The notes beneath the pieces were generated by a model, which was not told the origin of the DNA, did not search any database, and was given only the letters and a program-made list of their open reading frames with translations. The translations under genes were made by a program, and so were the position numbers. From a virus: 64,000 nt of DNA. How positions within the stretch are numbered: position 1 is the stretch's first letter; every line of letters starts with the position of its first letter. The stretch is from IMG/VR virus record IMGVR_UViG_3300028920_000056, positions 1-64,000 of that record; one strand, written 5' to 3'. Below are positions 41,009 to 50,862 of the stretch, piece after piece.

Positions 41009-41641
41009 ATGGAAAAACAATTACCTTTATTACAAGAATATCAAGATTTTAATTATGAAGTACTCATTGAAGATGTTGGCAATAATATTAAGAAGACTTA
41101 TCTTAAAGGTTTATTCCAACATGCTGGAGTTAAAAATGGTAATGGTAGAAGATATCCTTTTCGTATTTTAGAAAGAGAAGTTAATTCTAATCAAGACAAA
41201 ATTAAAAATCGACAAATGGTTGGGGAGTTGGATCACCCTGAAGATGGAAAGATTCATTTAGATAGAGTTTCACATGCTATTCTAGAAGCTCAAATGGATT
41301 CAGATGGAAGAGTTTTTGGAAAAGCAGAAGTTTTTAATGGACAAGATGAATTAGGTGGCACACCACAAGGTAGGATTCTTGGTTCATTAATTAAGCGAAA
41401 AATTAAACTTGGTGTTTCATCAAGAGGCTTCGGTACTACCAGAAGAATTGAAGATGGAACAAATGAAGTTAATGAAGATTTTAAATTAATTACTTGGGAT
41501 ATGGTAGCAGATCCTTCTACACCTAAAGCTTATCCCGAAGCTGTGTATGAAGATAAAACATATACCGAAGATTCTTGGTATAAAGAAGAAGAAGACACAA
41601 TGTCTTTTTCTGATGTATTAAGTGAGAGTTTGGAAAATTAG
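41009..41641 (+). CDS. prohead protease (gp21-like)
   Basis: NGNGRRYP, GELDHP, VSH, TPQG, GVSSRGFG, DMVADPSTPKA. Confidence 0.95.
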   Translation: MEKQLPLLQEYQDFNYEVLIEDVGNNIKKTYLKGLFQHAGVKNGNGRRYPFRILEREVNSNQDKIKNRQMVGELDHPEDGKIHLDRVSHAILEAQMDSDGRVFGKAEVFNGQDELGGTPQGRILGSLIKRKIKLGVSSRGFGTTRRIEDGTNEVNEDFKLITWDMVADPSTPKAYPEAVYEDKTYTEDSWYKEEEDTMSFSDVLSESLEN

Positions 41642-41653
41642 GAGGTCAAATAA

Positions 41654-42631
41654 ATGAAAAATATATTGGCTGATATTGAACTTAATGACAAACAAGTTAG
41701 AGCCTTCAATGAAGAATTGAATTCTTGGAAAGACAAAAAAACAACACAAATAAAAGAAGAAGTAAAGTCTGAGTATGAAACAGAATATCAAGTCAAAAAA
41801 AGAGAACTTGAGGAAGAAAAAGCACAGTTTAAAGCTGAATGTGAGGCAATGGTTGAAGAAATAACAACTAAGATGCAGAAAGTAATGGTTGGTAGATTTA
41901 CAACAGCTTTAAAAGGACTTTATGATGAATTGAAAGTTCACGCAAGAAAAGATGTATTAAATGATCCTAGAATTCTTGCTCTAGAAGAAGTCAAGAAAGT
42001 TTGTTATCCACTAATGGGAGAAGATGTTACTAAAGGATATGTTGATGAACTACAAAATGCTTTAACAATGTTAAATACTAAAGATGAAGAGATTGATAAA
42101 CTTAAAGCACATTTGAAGTTAAAAGAAATTACATCAGCATTATCTCCAAAGGTAGCAGAAGCTGTCCAAGTATTCGTAAGTGATGCCGGTACACCTGAAG
42201 AAGTCGTCGAAAGATACTCAAAATTAAGAAACATAGTAAAAGAAGCTAATGACGAAGATGAAGATGAAGAAGCATCATATGAAGACGAAGATAAAAAAGA
42301 TAACAAGAAAAAAAAGAAGAAAAAAAGTAAAAAAGAAAAAGATGAAGACGAAGAAGATGATGAAGATGAAGAAGAAGACGACGACGAAGATTTAGAAGAA
42401 TCTAAAAAGTCTAAAAAAGACAAAGATGAAGAAGATGATGAAGAAGACGACGAAGACGAAGACGAAGATGAAGATGAGGAAGAAGAAGAGGAAGAAGAGG
42501 AAGAAGAAGACCTCGAAGAAGACCTCGAAATTAAACCCTCTTTTCATATGAATCGAAAAGGCAATAAAAAAGAAGATTATGTTAACACCCTCAACGAGAT
42601 GTTAGATCTCGCTGGTGTAGAAAGAGATTAA
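41654..42631 (+). CDS. prohead scaffold (gp22-like)
   Basis: coiled-coil, D/E/K-rich tail, located between protease and MCP. Confidence 0.75.
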   Translation: MKNILADIELNDKQVRAFNEELNSWKDKKTTQIKEEVKSEYETEYQVKKRELEEEKAQFKAECEAMVEEITTKMQKVMVGRFTTALKGLYDELKVHARKDVLNDPRILALEEVKKVCYPLMGEDVTKGYVDELQNALTMLNTKDEEIDKLKAHLKLKEITSALSPKVAEAVQVFVSDAGTPEEVVERYSKLRNIVKEANDEDEDEEASYEDEDKKDNKKKKKKKSKKEKDEDEEDDEDEEEDDDEDLEESKKSKKDKDEEDDEEDDEDEDEDEDEEEEEEEEEEEDLEEDLEIKPSFHMNRKGNKKEDYVNTLNEMLDLAGVERD

Positions 42632-42661
42632 TAATCTTCATAAAAAATAGGAGGAACCTAA

Positions 42662-44284
42662 ATGCTTTTTGATTATAATAGGTTAAGAAAAGAGCAAAGA
42701 CAAAAAATCATGAGTAAATGGACTCCATTCCTTAAAGGAATTGAAAGTTCTAATTTACGTGAAAATACAGCAATGCTCTTAGAAAATGAAGCACAGTACT
42801 TAATGGAAGAACCAGCTGTTCAGGCATCTGATGTAGTTGGTATTCAGAAGATTCTTCTTCCTATAGTAAGACGTGTATTCCCAAATTTGGTAGCAAATAA
42901 TCTCGTTTCAGTACAGCCACTTGCTGGTCCTACTGGAGTTATTTTCTACTTGAAGTACCAATTCGGTACAACTAAATCCGGCACAACTGCTCTTGATGAA
43001 TATTCAATGTATTCAGAAAATCCATCTGACACAAGTCAAGGATACAATCCATATTACTCTTCAGATGATGTATTAGTGTCAACTCTTACATTAGATGATA
43101 CTGCCGACCAATTTTATTTCCAAACTGACACAAACTTCAAAGATGGTATTACTGGAGCTGATTACACAGAAGCTACTAATGCATTATTGAAGAGAGTAAA
43201 AATAAGATTTAAGGCTGCTGTTACAGCTACTCCAACAACTTATTCAACATTCTTAATTCAGTATGATGGAAGAGTTGGAAAAAATTACTGGCACATTAAA
43301 GAAACTGACAGAGGTGGAACTGGTGTTGCATTGTTTGCTAGCGCTACTTTAGCCGTATTTGGTAATGTAGCCGCTGCAGGTGAATATGATTCTGTTACAG
43401 GAAAACTTACAAATTGTGCTGTTACTTATGATGACGCCGGTGGAACAGTTGATAGAATGATATCAGTCGACCCAATTAGTGCAGCTTTCACAGCTGGTTC
43501 TTCATTAACAATTACCGGAATTGAAGCATTCTACGCTTACAAACAAGAAGCTACAACAGCTATTCCTGAGATGAAGATTTCTATTTCTCAGTTCCCAGTA
43601 ACTGTTAAATCAAGAAAGCTTAAATCAACATGGACAAATGAAGCTGAACAAGACTTGAAAGCATACCATGGCTTAAATGCTGATGCTGAGTTAACAGCTC
43701 TTGTTGCTAATGAAATGATCGCAGAAATTGATAGGGAGATAGTTAAGAAATGTATGGATATTGTTCCTATTTCTTCTTTCCGCTACATTGACTGGGATGC
43801 TGATATTACCAACAACACATCTGGTAACTACTTAGACAGACATCGTCACATGGTTCAGGTTCTTGTTGAGTTATCAAATGAAATTTACAGAAAATCAAAG
43901 ATTGGTCCAGCTAACTGGATGGTAACATCACCTAAAGTTGTTTCTTATCTTGAAGTTCTTGAAGGATTCATAGGATCTCCTGCTGCTGCACAAGGTGGAT
44001 TAGGAATTGTCAAAGCTGGTGATTTCCGTGGCAATTTTACAGTTTATAAAGATCCTCTATTCCCAGCTAACAAGATTCTTATGGGACACAAATCACCTAA
44101 CTCTCCATTCGGCGCTGGTGTTGTATATGCTCCTTATGTTACACAAGTTACACCTACACTCTATGGACCAGAAGATTTCACACCAAGAAAAGGTTTCTTA
44201 GCAAGATACGGCTTAATAGAAGTGCCTCTGGGAGACCTTCTTTATGGCTTGGTAAGTATATCTGGACTTCCTGGAAGTGTATAA
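42662..44284 (+). CDS. major capsid protein (gp23-like)
   Basis: KWTPFL, LLENE, LPIVRRVFP, VQPLAGPTGVIFYL, SRKLKSTWTNEAEQDLKAYHG, EIDRE, YAPY, FTPRKGFLARYG. Confidence 0.97.
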   Translation: MLFDYNRLRKEQRQKIMSKWTPFLKGIESSNLRENTAMLLENEAQYLMEEPAVQASDVVGIQKILLPIVRRVFPNLVANNLVSVQPLAGPTGVIFYLKYQFGTTKSGTTALDEYSMYSENPSDTSQGYNPYYSSDDVLVSTLTLDDTADQFYFQTDTNFKDGITGADYTEATNALLKRVKIRFKAAVTATPTTYSTFLIQYDGRVGKNYWHIKETDRGGTGVALFASATLAVFGNVAAAGEYDSVTGKLTNCAVTYDDAGGTVDRMISVDPISAAFTAGSSLTITGIEAFYAYKQEATTAIPEMKISISQFPVTVKSRKLKSTWTNEAEQDLKAYHGLNADAELTALVANEMIAEIDREIVKKCMDIVPISSFRYIDWDADITNNTSGNYLDRHRHMVQVLVELSNEIYRKSKIGPANWMVTSPKVVSYLEVLEGFIGSPAAAQGGLGIVKAGDFRGNFTVYKDPLFPANKILMGHKSPNSPFGAGVVYAPYVTQVTPTLYGPEDFTPRKGFLARYGLIEVPLGDLLYGLVSISGLPGSV

Positions 44285-44308
44285 GATATAGTTAAATAAT
44301 GATTATTC

Positions 44309-44337
44309 AAGGCCATCTGAAGATGGCCTTTTTTGTG
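44309..44337 (+). terminator. intrinsic terminator after MCP
   Basis: AAGGCCATC-TGAA-GATGGCCTT TTTTGTG. Confidence 0.85.
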
Positions 44338-44470
44338 TCAAAATCTTGCACATATATTCGATAATCGTACTTAGCATACATAAAGGAAAGGAATTATTAT
44401 GCCAGAATATAAACTAGATAAATACGAAATAGTTAAATACAAATCAAGAGCTGATAATAATATTTTTTCA

Positions 44471-44495
44471 GGCGGCTTCGGCCGCTTTTTTTGTG
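44471..44495 (+). terminator. intrinsic terminator
   Basis: GCGGC-TTCG-GCCGC TTTTTTTGTG. Confidence 0.8.
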
Positions 44496-44552
44496 TGATA
44501 GCGTAATAAGTTTCGACACGGAGATATAATTAAGTATAACGAGGAGGTAAAT

Positions 44553-45134
44553 ATGGCAAATTTTAGATCAGCTTTACAGGCTTCAAAAAAGGATAAAACA
44601 ACTAAACCTAAATCTAATGTTGGAGTAATATCTAATATACCAAACGAGATAGTAGAAAAGGCAAATAAATTCGTTAACCTTAAAAAAGATGAGAAAAGAA
44701 TTCAAGCTGAAATGAATGAAATATATTCGGATATTGATCAATTTGTAACTAAAGAAAGAGATAAAGATGGCTTTTCAGGTAATTATCATAAATCATATCA
44801 AGTTACTGAAGAATTAAAACATGTCCAAAGTAATCGTTTTTCAATTAGTCCTAAAGATAAAGAAAATATAAAAAGAATGTTAGGAGATTCATTTGATGAA
44901 CTAATTAAAGAAAAATTTACCGTAACTCTTAAAGAAGAAGTTTTTGAAGACGAAAAGAAACAAAAACAGTTGATGGAACTTCTTGGAGATAAATTCGAAG
45001 AATTCTTTGAAACAACTTCATCTCTTGTAGTCACAGAAGATTTTGATAAAAATATTTATAAAGTAACAAAGAATCAAAATAGCTTAGATGAAACTAGAGT
45101 TTTTATTAAACCCTATAAAGCTGCTTTAAAATAA
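44553..45134 (+). CDS. hypothetical protein
   Basis: 193 aa, GGAGG RBS, own promoter-like region and terminator. Confidence 0.65.
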   Translation: MANFRSALQASKKDKTTKPKSNVGVISNIPNEIVEKANKFVNLKKDEKRIQAEMNEIYSDIDQFVTKERDKDGFSGNYHKSYQVTEELKHVQSNRFSISPKDKENIKRMLGDSFDELIKEKFTVTLKEEVFEDEKKQKQLMELLGDKFEEFFETTSSLVVTEDFDKNIYKVTKNQNSLDETRVFIKPYKAALK

Positions 45135-45140
45135 ATTCTT

Positions 45141-45171
45141 AATAAGGTGGCTATAGTCCACCTTATTTTTT
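45141..45171 (+). terminator. intrinsic terminator
   Basis: AATAAGGTGG-CTATAGT-CCACCTTATT TTTT. Confidence 0.7.
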
Positions 45172-45181
45172 GGGAGGTAAT

Positions 45182-45778
45182 ATGCAACTAAATAACTTTA
45201 CATATTTTTATCCAGAAAAGCCATTTTTAATGTCAATTGAGCAAGATTTATTTAACGAAATAAACAATAATAAAAATTGGATAGCAGAGAAGAAATATAA
45301 TGGAATAAGATTGCAATTACATTATATTAACGGTCAGTTTATGTTTTGGAATAGACATGGAGCAAAAATAAAATATAATCCAGATTCAAATCTTTTAAAA
45401 GAGCTTAATAAAATAGAACTTAGTGGTTATTGGCTATTTGATGGAGAGCTAAGAAATAATAAAATTAAAGGAATTAATAATAAAATAATGATATATGATG
45501 TATTTATTGCCAACAATGATTTATTGATAAATAAGCCATTCATTGAGCGGAGGCAAATATTAGAAAGCATCTTTAAAGTTGATGCAGAACCGCTTGGTTT
45601 AACGCGTCAATATAATGGGGATTTTAAAGATTTATTTAATAAAGTAATTGTTGAAGAAGAAATTGAGGGTTTAGTTTTTAAAAAGTTAACCGGACTTTTA
45701 AAATTAAGTAGAAGAATTGGAAATAAATCTAGTTGGATGTATAAAGTTAGAAAGCCGACAAAAAATTATAGATTTTAA
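45182..45778 (+). CDS. minimal ATP-dependent ligase (adenylation domain only)
   Basis: AEKKYNGIR (I), WNRHG, FDGEL (III), IYDV (IIIa), EGLVFK (IV), WMYKVRK (V); no OB domain. Confidence 0.85.
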   Translation: MQLNNFTYFYPEKPFLMSIEQDLFNEINNNKNWIAEKKYNGIRLQLHYINGQFMFWNRHGAKIKYNPDSNLLKELNKIELSGYWLFDGELRNNKIKGINNKIMIYDVFIANNDLLINKPFIERRQILESIFKVDAEPLGLTRQYNGDFKDLFNKVIVEEEIEGLVFKKLTGLLKLSRRIGNKSSWMYKVRKPTKNYRF

Positions 45779-45914
45779 ATTATGCTTTCGAAAGATAAAC
45801 ATATGCACTTTAAACAAAATTTTAGTATTAGTGATCTAAAAAAATGGGTTGTAATTGATAGTATATCATAGAGCAAAACATAGTTTAGTTAAACTTATAT
45901 TCAGGAAACAATAA

Positions 45915-46884
45915 GTGGAAAAATATAATAAATGGTTCAAACAACCAGGATCAATAATTTATTATTATATGACAAAAGCAAAAAAAGATGGAGCTGGATT
46001 AGGAGTTACTGCGCATTATAAAAATAGAGAAGTAACATATTATGATGTCCATTTTAATTTTGATGTTGAAATGGTTTTTGAGAATTGTGAGATGGTCAGA
46101 GACAAAAATATAATTAATGCGTTAGAGTCATATTTCTCTCCAAGAAGAGCATGTATTTTGTGGGTATTTTCAGGCCAACATTATTATCACATTTGAGGAT
46201 ATAAATGCATTATTTAGTAGACATACATTATAACACCACACAACAAGAGTATAATATACTATTTGCTAAATGTCATTTCAAAACAATAACTTGGCGTAGC
46301 AAAGGTGAAACAAAAGGCACCGATGTATCAATTATTGATGAGACTTATTATAAATCTTCTGGCTATAAGTTTGATGGATATGTTGATGATGATGAAGCAT
46401 ATATAGAAGGTGGAGCCATACATTATGAGATAGACGAAGCCAAATTAGATTTTTTTGAAAGAATTTTTTGGCATGCAAAAATATCTAATAAATTTTCTAT
46501 AGCAGGCTGAAAATGAATTTACACATTACAATAGATTATGATTATGGAGACGGACAAGCTCACGCAATATTTTGGTTAGATACAAGTACGTATATAAATT
46601 TTCAATTTGGAGCAGAGGCAAAAATACAAGATATAGATAGTTGGTATGAAGGCGAGGGCTCACTTTCAAAAGTAAAAATAGATTATAGAACATTCCATAT
46701 AAGTAAATATTATATTGATTCTGAATATGAAGAAGAAACATTTGAATATGAATTAGAAAACTGGAGAAATGAACCAGAGCATTGCACTACCTTTGACAAT
46801 GTGCAATTTACTCCACAAATTATAAAAGCTCTTGTAAAGAATAGGAGTGCTATATTTTCATCAATATTTCTTTCTATAGCATAA
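45915..46884 (+). other. three small IxxIF-family-like genes (45915-46196, 46205-46510, 46513-46884)
   Basis: tails RACILWVF, LDFFERIF, SAIFSSIF. Confidence 0.55.
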
Positions 46885-46890
46885 TTATTC

Positions 46891-47334
46891 TTGATGGATA
46901 AAGATGCCACTAAGAATTTACTAAAAGATTATAAATGTGAAGATTGTGTTTTTAGAAAAACAAATTTTCCTTTTAGCAGCAATGGAATCAAGTGTTTTAC
47001 AAATCAAGGGCCATGTGAACAATTTGCTAAAGATATAAAAATAACAGTTAATTCGCCCATAACTTTTTGGATTGAAGAAACAATAAAAGCAGAAGTAAAT
47101 AACTCATCATCAGTGGTAATAAAACTAGATCAAATAAATATTGAATCAACGTATAATGTTAGTGTTGGCTCATATAATTTAACTTCTTTTTGTGAATATG
47201 GTATTAAAGATGAGTGTGGTAATTACCCTCCTCTTGAATTACTTACAATTTTAGTTCCAATAATTATGAATTCAATTAAGTTTAAAAAAGCTATAATAGA
47301 AGGAGTTATAACAATTGAACTCGAAAGAGACTAA
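46891..47334 (+). CDS. TKxLLKD-CxxC family protein
   Basis: MDKDATKNLLKDYKCEDC...C...C. Confidence 0.65.
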   Translation: MMDKDATKNLLKDYKCEDCVFRKTNFPFSSNGIKCFTNQGPCEQFAKDIKITVNSPITFWIEETIKAEVNNSSSVVIKLDQINIESTYNVSVGSYNLTSFCEYGIKDECGNYPPLELLTILVPIIMNSIKFKKAIIEGVITIELERD

Positions 47335-47659
47335 AAATTTACTAAAAGATAGAGTATGTAAAGATTGCATAATGTTTTTTAATAAGCCAATACTAAGTTG
47401 TAAAGATGGATTATTTTGCACTGCAGAAAATAATACTTGTAAAAATTGGGTATATGATTATATTGTTATAAATACAACTAATGATGATATATATTCTGAT
47501 CATGGTTATGTTTTTATTCCTGGTGAGACATACTCACTCCGTGAAATAATGGAAGAAAATGATGCTGAGAAAATTATGAAAAGCGAAGAATTAAAAATGC
47601 TTATAAATAATGGAGAGATTAAATTGACTCCTGTATATAAGATAAAAAAAGATCTTTGA
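47315..47659 (+). CDS. TKxLLKD-CxxC family protein
   Basis: MNSKETKNLLKDRVCKDC...C...CKNW. Confidence 0.65.
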   Translation: MNSKETKNLLKDRVCKDCIMFFNKPILSCKDGLFCTAENNTCKNWVYDYIVINTTNDDIYSDHGYVFIPGETYSLREIMEENDAEKIMKSEELKMLINNGEIKLTPVYKIKKDL

Positions 47660-47704
47660 ATTTATTCTTTAATCTTTAAAGTTTAAATGTAAAGATAATA
47701 TCGA

Positions 47705-47985
47705 TGGAAGAATTAAATAAAGTATTATAGCTTATGGTAAAGCGGCGACAGTCGGCGTTTTATTTTGGAGCTCCAGCTGACATTAAGTCGCAGAAGCCGG
47801 AATCATTTCCCGGACATTACTTTTATGCTCTAATTCTACCTATCAGAATTTGTCATAGGGAGGTGAGCTTAGTGTTCATGACCAAGAGGCTAACAACCTC
47901 GTTTGCATTTCATAGACAAATTCATCCGAAAGGAGGCAAATTAACATTTCTGATATTACGCCCGTCATTAAGACGGGCTTTTTTA
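47705..47985 (+). ncRNA. candidate structured non-coding RNA
   Basis: GC-enriched island with several helices, bounded by AAGATAATA at 47692 and a terminator at 47960. Confidence 0.55.
47960..47985 (+). terminator. intrinsic terminator
   Basis: GCCCGTC-ATTAA-GACGGGC TTTTTT. Confidence 0.8.
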
Positions 47986-48103
47986 TGCGAAAACATGAAA
48001 TTCTTCCTTTAATTGCATAGATAATTATGAAAACAAAAGTCGCTCGTTGAGGACTTTAATTATTTTATAAGCGATGTCGCATGAGTCGCAAAGGAGAAAC
48101 ATT

Positions 48104-48547
48104 ATGTCTAAAGATCTAACTATTTGGGATGCGTTTGATAACATATTTGATAACTTTGAAAGTTCATTCTATCATATTGAACGTATAATTGAATCATATC
48201 CAGGATTCGCAAAATTTTATCCATCTTATCCCCCTACAGATATCTACATAAAGAAAGACAAAACATTAATATTTGAGTTTGCAATTGCTGGGTATCCTGC
48301 AGAAAATATCAATTTAGAATGTGTTGGGGATCATCTTACTCTTACTTTAAAAGGTGATGATGTAGAAACTGTTCGTTATATTAAACAAGGTATTAAACAT
48401 GCAGATGTCACTGCAAAATATGCAATTCCTTCTGACAGATATGATACTTCTAAGCTTGAAGCTAAAATTAATAGTGGAATACTTACAGTTACAATTCCTG
48501 CTAAAGAAAAAATAGAACCAACAAAAATTGAAATTAAAAAAGAATAA
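48104..48547 (+). CDS. small heat shock protein Hsp20
   Basis: SYPPTDIY, EFAIAGY, YIKQGI, AKINSGILTVTIP; ATG after AAGGAG. Confidence 0.9.
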   Translation: MSKDLTIWDAFDNIFDNFESSFYHIERIIESYPGFAKFYPSYPPTDIYIKKDKTLIFEFAIAGYPAENINLECVGDHLTLTLKGDDVETVRYIKQGIKHADVTAKYAIPSDRYDTSKLEAKINSGILTVTIPAKEKIEPTKIEIKKE

Positions 48548-48552
48548 TCGTT

Positions 48553-48584
48553 AAAGCCAGTACTTAAGTACTGGCTTTTTTGTG
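48553..48584 (+). terminator. intrinsic terminator
   Basis: AAAGCCAGTAC-TTAA-GTACTGGCTTT TTTGTG. Confidence 0.85.
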
Positions 48585-48597
48585 CTAAGATAAATGT

Positions 48598-48894
48598 ATG
48601 AAAATTAAATTTTTAATTGGTGATAAAAAGTTAATAATAAAAAAGATATTTAAAGAATCTTCTGAAGAGTATGATAAATTTCTTTTACAAAAAAGAGATC
48701 TACTACGAGATACCATCTTCGATCTATATGAAGACGGGTTCATTAAAACAATTGGTTATGGATTTGGATTTAGACTGCCAAATAGAGAAGATATATTTGG
48801 ATGGTTTGAGCCAGAAACAAAAGAGGACATATTAAAAATAATTAATACTATTGAAGAAGAGTTAAAAGAAAAAATATATTTTACAAAGGAGTAA
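48598..48894 (+). CDS. small protein with N-terminal IxxIF helix
   Basis: KKLIIKKIFKE; ATG 2 nt after AAGATAAAT. Confidence 0.55.
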   Translation: MKIKFLIGDKKLIIKKIFKESSEEYDKFLLQKRDLLRDTIFDLYEDGFIKTIGYGFGFRLPNREDIFGWFEPETKEDILKIINTIEEELKEKIYFTKE

Positions 48895-48897
48895 ATA

Positions 48898-49065
48898 ATG
48901 CTTAAATGTCCAAAATGTGGTGGCACAAACATAGGTCAATATAGAATGTTGACTGGAGCAATATGGTGCGAAGATTGTAAATTTGAAGCTCTAGAAAAAG
49001 AAAAAAATAATCCGTTTATTTATGAAGAAACTCGCATCAAATTATATAAAGAAAAAGAAAGATAA
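48898..49065 (+). CDS. small zinc-ribbon protein (55 aa, not in ORF track)
   Basis: MLKCPKCGG...WCEDC; AAGGAG RBS. Confidence 0.65.
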   Translation: MLKCPKCGGTNIGQYRMLTGAIWCEDCKFEALEKEKNNPFIYEETRIKLYKEKER

Positions 49066-49098
49066 ATAAAACTATAGTTTTAAAAATGGAGGAAACAA

Positions 49099-50421
49099 AT
49101 GGACGATTTGACAAATGTAACTGTTGATAATACTCCTACTAGATTTCCAAGGATTGCAAAACATTTAACTGAAGTTGATCCGGATCAGTTAAATGCATTG
49201 GATGCAACTAGCAAGACTTTTTATGATCATTGTTATGATTTTTCTGCAGTGCCTACTAAACCTACTTCATTAGCTGGTGTAGACTCTAGCGAAAAAGAGG
49301 TTTGTAAACTAACTGTAACAGCACCTGTAGCTTCAGAATATGCTGTAAAAACTTTACAGGTACTTACTGGAAGTGATGCTGTATTAGAAGTTCAATCATT
49401 TACTGTTACTGCTGCTTGTTCAAGTAGTGGTGATTTAACTGTTGATGGAGATACAGTTGCTGTATTAGACACAGATGATGCAGCAGCGGTTGCTGGAAAA
49501 ATAAGAGCTGCTAGTTTAACTAATTGGACAACTTCTGGAAGTGGAGCAGATGTGATACTAACTGCAAAAACATATGATGACAAAGCAGAAGTTGTATTAA
49601 ATGCTGGAGGAACTGGAACTACATTCAGTGCAATTTCAGAAGATACTAAAGGAACTACAACAGCAGGAAATATTACTATTACATTAGAAGGACCTGGAGC
49701 AGTTACTGTCGCTATTAGTGACGGTGATGATGTCGCAACAGTAGTAGCATCAATTGATGGAGAAACATATACTGGATGGACAACATCAGTTGATGGAGAT
49801 ACTGTAACATTTACTTGTGACACTTATGGACCAAAAACAGGAAGTTTTGTTGACACAGATTCTACGGGAGTCACAGTGGCAACTGGAGATTTAGTGGATG
49901 ATAATGTTGGAGTTGATGCAAGTGGTAATGTAACAGTAACATTAGACGGTACTCCTTATGTAACTGCTTTGGCAATAGATGATGATACTGTTGAAAAAGT
50001 TGCAACTGCAATTGGAGCAACAAGCTATGGAGCCGGATGGAGTGCTGGAGTAGTAGGAGATGTAGTTACTTTCACTGCTGTTGGATATGGTGACGCATCA
50101 CCAGATATATCTTTTGCAGATACTGACACAACTGGAGCAGCTGGAACAACATCTGTTGAAACACAAGGTCTTAATCAAGTTACTGTTACTTGGACAGATG
50201 TAGGACCTGCTTCAGATTCTTATAAAGTATATTATAAAACTAGTGCGGCTGGGACAGAAACACAAGCAGATATATTAGGCGAAACAGAATTTACTGGAAC
50301 TAAAAATCCACTTGGTACTGATATACCAGCGGCAGCAACAAAGATAGGTTTTGTAGTAGCTGGAGTTAATGAAGTTGGAACTGGAGAGTATACTGATCCT
50401 GTTTTTGTAGATATAGTATAA
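49099..50421 (+). CDS. virion decoration/structural protein with repeated beta domains and Fn3-like C-terminus
   Basis: T/G/D/V/A-rich; three repeats (G.ITV.L....VA....D....VA..I...W......V.FT); VTVTW...SYKVYY..VVAGVN. Confidence 0.65.
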   Translation: MDDLTNVTVDNTPTRFPRIAKHLTEVDPDQLNALDATSKTFYDHCYDFSAVPTKPTSLAGVDSSEKEVCKLTVTAPVASEYAVKTLQVLTGSDAVLEVQSFTVTAACSSSGDLTVDGDTVAVLDTDDAAAVAGKIRAASLTNWTTSGSGADVILTAKTYDDKAEVVLNAGGTGTTFSAISEDTKGTTTAGNITITLEGPGAVTVAISDGDDVATVVASIDGETYTGWTTSVDGDTVTFTCDTYGPKTGSFVDTDSTGVTVATGDLVDDNVGVDASGNVTVTLDGTPYVTALAIDDDTVEKVATAIGATSYGAGWSAGVVGDVVTFTAVGYGDASPDISFADTDTTGAAGTTSVETQGLNQVTVTWTDVGPASDSYKVYYKTSAAGTETQADILGETEFTGTKNPLGTDIPAAATKIGFVVAGVNEVGTGEYTDPVFVDIV

Positions 50422-50440
50422 TCTTTAATTTAGTAAATAA

Positions 50441-50469
50441 GAGGGCTAGTCAACTAGCCCTTTTTTGTG
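50441..50469 (+). terminator. intrinsic terminator between convergent genes
   Basis: AGGGCTAG-TCAA-CTAGCCCT TTTTTGTG. Confidence 0.8.
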
Positions 50470-50844
50470 TTAGTCAACGATTTCATATGGGACTTGTTTA
50501 TCAAATTTTAAAGTAGGAATATCAAAATAAATTATAAAACTAAAACCATAAACATTATCTATATCTTTTAATGGTATGTCGATATTTATATAAAGACTGT
50601 TATCATCTTCAATATAGTCTTCAATATATATGATGGCGGTAGGAGATTCTTTTGATAATTTAAAGCCTTCATCTTTTATGAAAGGAATTAAATCTTGAGG
50701 AGCTAAATAATTCCAGAAATTTTTCAATTTAATCTCTTGGTCTTCATAATATTCCGGATAAAATATTTTTTTAATAATAATACGAGAAAGTTCAGCTAAT
50801 ACATATTTCTTAATTTTTATCTCTAAATTATCATGTTCATTCAT
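50470..50844 (-). CDS. small protein with N-terminal IxxIF helix; only credible minus-strand gene
   Basis: SRIIIKKIFYPE; preceded on the minus strand by AAGATAATT; fills a plus-strand gap. Confidence 0.7.
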   Translation of the reverse strand: MNEHDNLEIKIKKYVLAELSRIIIKKIFYPEYYEDQEIKLKNFWNYLAPQDLIPFIKDEGFKLSKESPTAIIYIEDYIEDDNSLYINIDIPLKDIDNVYGFSFIIYFDIPTLKFDKQVPYEIVD

Positions 50845-50862
50845 AGAATTATCTTTGCATAA

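Noticed and set aside
42240-42530. GAA/GAT-rich low-complexity repeat
   Set aside because: It simply encodes the acidic tail of the scaffold protein.
47735-47945. tRNA, hairpin ribozyme or c-di-GMP-I riboswitch identity for the structured island
   Set aside because: No cloverleaf or TTCRA arm; the GACAGTC, AGAA and ACATTAC fragments lack the required hairpin-ribozyme pairings; the GAAA hairpin with flanking CAAA lacks the rest of the c-di-GMP-I aptamer.
47734-48012. 92-aa ORF
   Set aside because: No RBS, atypical composition for this genome, and it crosses a strong terminator; more likely a shadow of a structured RNA.
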